Below, piece after piece: positions 26,678 to 29,423 of a stretch of 29,423 bases of DNA; positions within the stretch are counted from its first letter, which is position 1; the number at the start of each line of letters is the position of its first letter. Under the pieces are notes generated by a model. It searched no databases. It was not told the DNA's origin and saw nothing but the letters and a program-made list of their open reading frames with translations. This DNA comes from a virus. Its lineage: Duplodnaviria; Caudoviricetes. A program made the position numbers and the translations under genes. The DNA lies in the IMG/VR virus record IMGVR_UViG_3300037311_000442, positions 1 to 29,423 of that record. One strand, 5' to 3'.

Positions 26678-27103
26678 ATGATTACGCTACTCGGTTCTTT
26701 ACTCGGCTTCCTGTCGGCGGCCTTTCCTGATTTCTTAAAACTGTTCCGCGATGCGCAGGATCGCAAGCACGAGCTTAAAATCCTTGAAATGCAGATGGAG
26801 CAGCAGAAGCTCGGGGCTTCCCAGCGTTTGGAAGAAATCCAGGTGAACGCTGACATCGCCGAATCCCAAGCCCTCTATCGGACGTACAACACAGGCATTC
26901 GCTGGGTGGATGCGCTCAACGGCACGGTGCGTCCCGTCATCGCATACAGCTTCTTCATTCTCTATGCGCTGGTGAAGGTGATGCAGTTTTCTGCAGATCT
27001 TCCGTGGTTGCTATGGACGGCGGAAGACCAGGCGATTTTCGCAGGCATCATCAGCTTTTATTTCGGCCAACGCGCCATGAGTAAATTGCGGAGCGGAAAA
27101 TGA
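26678..27103 (+). CDS. Putative holin
   Basis: MITLLGSLLGF, DRKHEL, VRPVIAY, IISFYFGQR, basic C-terminus; SD GGAGG; coupled to the endolysin. Confidence 0.7.
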   Translation: MITLLGSLLGFLSAAFPDFLKLFRDAQDRKHELKILEMQMEQQKLGASQRLEEIQVNADIAESQALYRTYNTGIRWVDALNGTVRPVIAYSFFILYALVKVMQFSADLPWLLWTAEDQAIFAGIISFYFGQRAMSKLRSGK

Positions 27104-27540
27104 GACACATTTCCCAGCAAGGACTTGATCTGATTTGCCGCTTCGAGGGCTTTTCGCCGATCATTTACATGTGTCCAGCTGGGTATCCCACGATTGGTTA
27201 TGGTCACCTGATTACCGAAGCCAACAAAGAGCAGTTCTTGGACGGGATTGACGAGGATGAAGCCCTCGATCTGCTACGACAGGATGTCGCAGTGGCAGAA
27301 CGTGCTGTGCTGCGCTTGATTAGCGTACCACTCACTCAAGGGAAGTTCGACGCACTGGTATCGTTTACCTTCAACCTTGGTGCGGGTGCGCTTCAACGCT
27401 CCACGCTCCGCCGCAAGGTCAACCGCGAAGAACATGCCGACGTGCCTGCTGAACTCATGAAATGGGTGTGGGCTGGTGGCAGGAAACTACGCGGGTTGGT
27501 CAAACGGCGCGAGACGGAAACTATGCTTTACAAAACCTAA
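27100..27540 (+). CDS. Endolysin, GH24 lysozyme
   Basis: E16-x8-C25-x5-T31 triad (FEG...C...TIGYGH), FDALVSFTFNLG, GLVKRR. Confidence 0.95.
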   Translation: MRHISQQGLDLICRFEGFSPIIYMCPAGYPTIGYGHLITEANKEQFLDGIDEDEALDLLRQDVAVAERAVLRLISVPLTQGKFDALVSFTFNLGAGALQRSTLRRKVNREEHADVPAELMKWVWAGGRKLRGLVKRRETETMLYKT

Positions 27541-29423
27541 ATCTCTAAGCCTTTCGAGACCTCAGTATATTTTCTACAAATTTGCCGATATGCCTCGACT
27601 AGATCTGGCAGGGTTGGAATTTTCTCAAGATTCTTTGGGTCAAGAAAATCTGTATCTAGCTCGATGCCCTTCTTCTCAGCAAGCCTGCCCAACTCCTGCC
27701 TCATATGCTTAAGTAACGTCGGACCATGCTCTGGTAAGAAAGAATAGTCTGGCTCTTTTCCTTCCTCTGCCAAATCCTTCCGTAATTGCTCATCGAACTT
27801 TGAGCCTGGCAGGAATATAATCGACGATGATTCCATCGGGAGCAAGCTGCGATAATAGATATGCGCGGTATTGATGTTATCGTCGCTGATCTGCGCTGTA
27901 ATTGAAACAGGGCTTGCATAACCTTCTGCGCTGGCAACATGTGGATTCTGATAAGTGATGGAGTGCCGCTCCGGAATGATGCTCCCGTAGGTGTGATAAT
28001 GTGCGCTACCTCCCACAATATCTTTTCCTGCTTCATGGATTGGTTCATAAAGCATGGATGATAATCCTCTGGCCGAGCGCACAATACAGACAGGAACAGA
28101 ATCTTTGTGATTCTCTTCAAGGTTTTTCATGATGCTTTTTTTGACATTCGTAGGAATCAGGCTGGCGATGTAGAGTATATCGGTAGGGATGTATCTCACA
28201 TCCTCGTTATCACGAGACTGGAATTCACCATCAGCAAAAGTGTAGTGAGAGTGCCCTAGCTTAAAATTCTGACCACGGTGCTTCAGTCGTTCCGCTTCAT
28301 TTTTTCGTGGTCCGCCATAATGCACTTGGTTGCCGTCTTCAATATAAATGCTTACGGCCTCCCGTTTTAGGACACCCAAAAGCTCAAGGTGATTTCTCAA
28401 CTTCCGAGATAGCTCAACCGCTTCTGGATCGGAGTCGATTAGATTAACTTTGCAGCCAGAAATAATGTGGTTCACAAAACCTGTTAAAGGAAGCGCACCG
28501 CTTCCAACAAACGTCATATATTTTTCCTTAAGGTCTTCTACCCCGAAAATGTCTGGATTAATTGCTTTAATCTGTTTGCCTCTTTTTGTTATTCCTTCAG
28601 GATCGTTCGGCGGCAATGTGACTTTTTGTAAGTTTGTTTGCAAACTCTTGGGAAAGTTTCCGTGACCAGCTGGATTTTCAATCAGATGTTTTTCACCATA
28701 AGCTAGATGTTCATAGTTGTGAGTATAGGGAAATGGCTTGATGGCTTCATCTAGTCGGAACAGTCGTCGTGCTGTCTTAATATCATCCGCAAGTGCTTTA
28801 TCAGCTGTATCCGCTGGAACAATCAGCTTCATTTTTTCATGTTCATCATAACGCTCTGTGAATCGTTTCCCTGATTTCTCGAGATAGTCTTTTACCCGTC
28901 CTTCAGCATCATGCTTGATTTCTGATATTGCCTGCTCCGATATTCTTACAGAACCGTTATAGCGTTCTTCGATGCGCTCTAATGCTTTACGGGCATAGAA
29001 CTTTTCCATTTCACCTTCTGAATACGCGCTGATTAACGGGATGCTCTTTAGTTTCTCACGGTAGTCAGGATTTGCATTTGCAATGTCAAAGAAACTTTTA
29101 ACTACTCCCTCATCATAAGATTGAAGGCATATCTCCACCAACTCGGACAGTGCTTTATTGACCGTAGGGCATGGATCAAGTGCTCTGGCGCCGCTTATTT
29201 TGTGACCTTCTTCATCTGTGAAAAATGGCTCCTCCCCACGAGTTACGGTATCCATGAACGCATCATCCCACTTCTTATGTTTGGTGTAAGCGTTCCAGCG
29301 TTCTTCAATTTGCGCGTATATGCCTTCAGGTGCGAATACCCGATTCACAAGCTCTTGTGCTGTAAGTTGGCTTTTCTCGTTTTTTCGATAGGGTTTAAGT
29401 AGCGGTGATTTACGGTTAGTCAT
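27537..29423 (-). CDS. Nicotianamine synthase-like SAM-dependent aminocarboxypropyl transferase with insertions
   Basis: FPYTHNYEHL, FVGSGALPLT, IDSDPEA, DILYIASL and VRSARGLSSMLY match NAS motifs FPYxxNY, FIGSGPLPLT, D.D..A, DVVFLAAL and RSAHGxRxFLY. Confidence 0.78.
   Translation of the reverse strand: MTNRKSPLLKPYRKNEKSQLTAQELVNRVFAPEGIYAQIEERWNAYTKHKKWDDAFMDTVTRGEEPFFTDEEGHKISGARALDPCPTVNKALSELVEICLQSYDEGVVKSFFDIANANPDYREKLKSIPLISAYSEGEMEKFYARKALERIEERYNGSVRISEQAISEIKHDAEGRVKDYLEKSGKRFTERYDEHEKMKLIVPADTADKALADDIKTARRLFRLDEAIKPFPYTHNYEHLAYGEKHLIENPAGHGNFPKSLQTNLQKVTLPPNDPEGITKRGKQIKAINPDIFGVEDLKEKYMTFVGSGALPLTGFVNHIISGCKVNLIDSDPEAVELSRKLRNHLELLGVLKREAVSIYIEDGNQVHYGGPRKNEAERLKHRGQNFKLGHSHYTFADGEFQSRDNEDVRYIPTDILYIASLIPTNVKKSIMKNLEENHKDSVPVCIVRSARGLSSMLYEPIHEAGKDIVGGSAHYHTYGSIIPERHSITYQNPHVASAEGYASPVSITAQISDDNINTAHIYYRSLLPMESSSIIFLPGSKFDEQLRKDLAEEGKEPDYSFLPEHGPTLLKHMRQELGRLAEKKGIELDTDFLDPKNLEKIPTLPDLVEAYRQICRKYTEVSKGLEI

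Larger units (their letters stand above)
1..27540 (+). mobile_element. Prophage late region (siphovirus; lambda-type head, GTA-like baseplate); boundaries not defined
   Basis: Co-oriented, tightly packed terminase-portal-capsid-tail-lysis genes in canonical order. No att site or integrase seen. Confidence 0.93.

Noticed and set aside
1-29423. CRISPR array, tRNA, rRNA, att site
   Set aside because: None recognised by eye; intergenic spaces are few and short. A covariance-model search was not possible.

Overview
About 27.5 kb of this window is the packaging, morphogenesis and lysis (late) region of a siphovirus-type prophage, most likely from an Alphaproteobacterium (inferred from gene families). 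It combines a lambda-type head module (cos-like site at ~469-520, Nu1-like and gpA-like terminase, gpW, lambda-type portal, protease-capsid fusion) with an RcGTA-like tail tip (DUF2460 Dit, DUF2163 hub, NlpC/P60, megatron, DUF2793 fibre). No integrase, repressor or replication gene is in the window. The most interesting element is a translationally coupled four-gene cassette between the cos-like site and the small terminase: ParB; ParB-ParB-SAM transferase; divergent PNKP-like HAD; CmoA-like SAM enzyme lacking the carboxylate-binding Arg. It looks like a packaging-linked DNA modification system using a non-standard SAM-derived cofactor (inference). Other notable items: near-complete absence of CCGG by manual scan, a -1 frameshift in the tail chaperone with a Cys-rich extension, an internal start in the protease-capsid gene, a Fic + chromate transporter insert splitting the tail operon, a solo nucleotidyltransferase behind a mini-fibre gene, and an enlarged nicotianamine-synthase-like gene abutting the endolysin. 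All family calls come from motifs recognised by eye, not from database searches.
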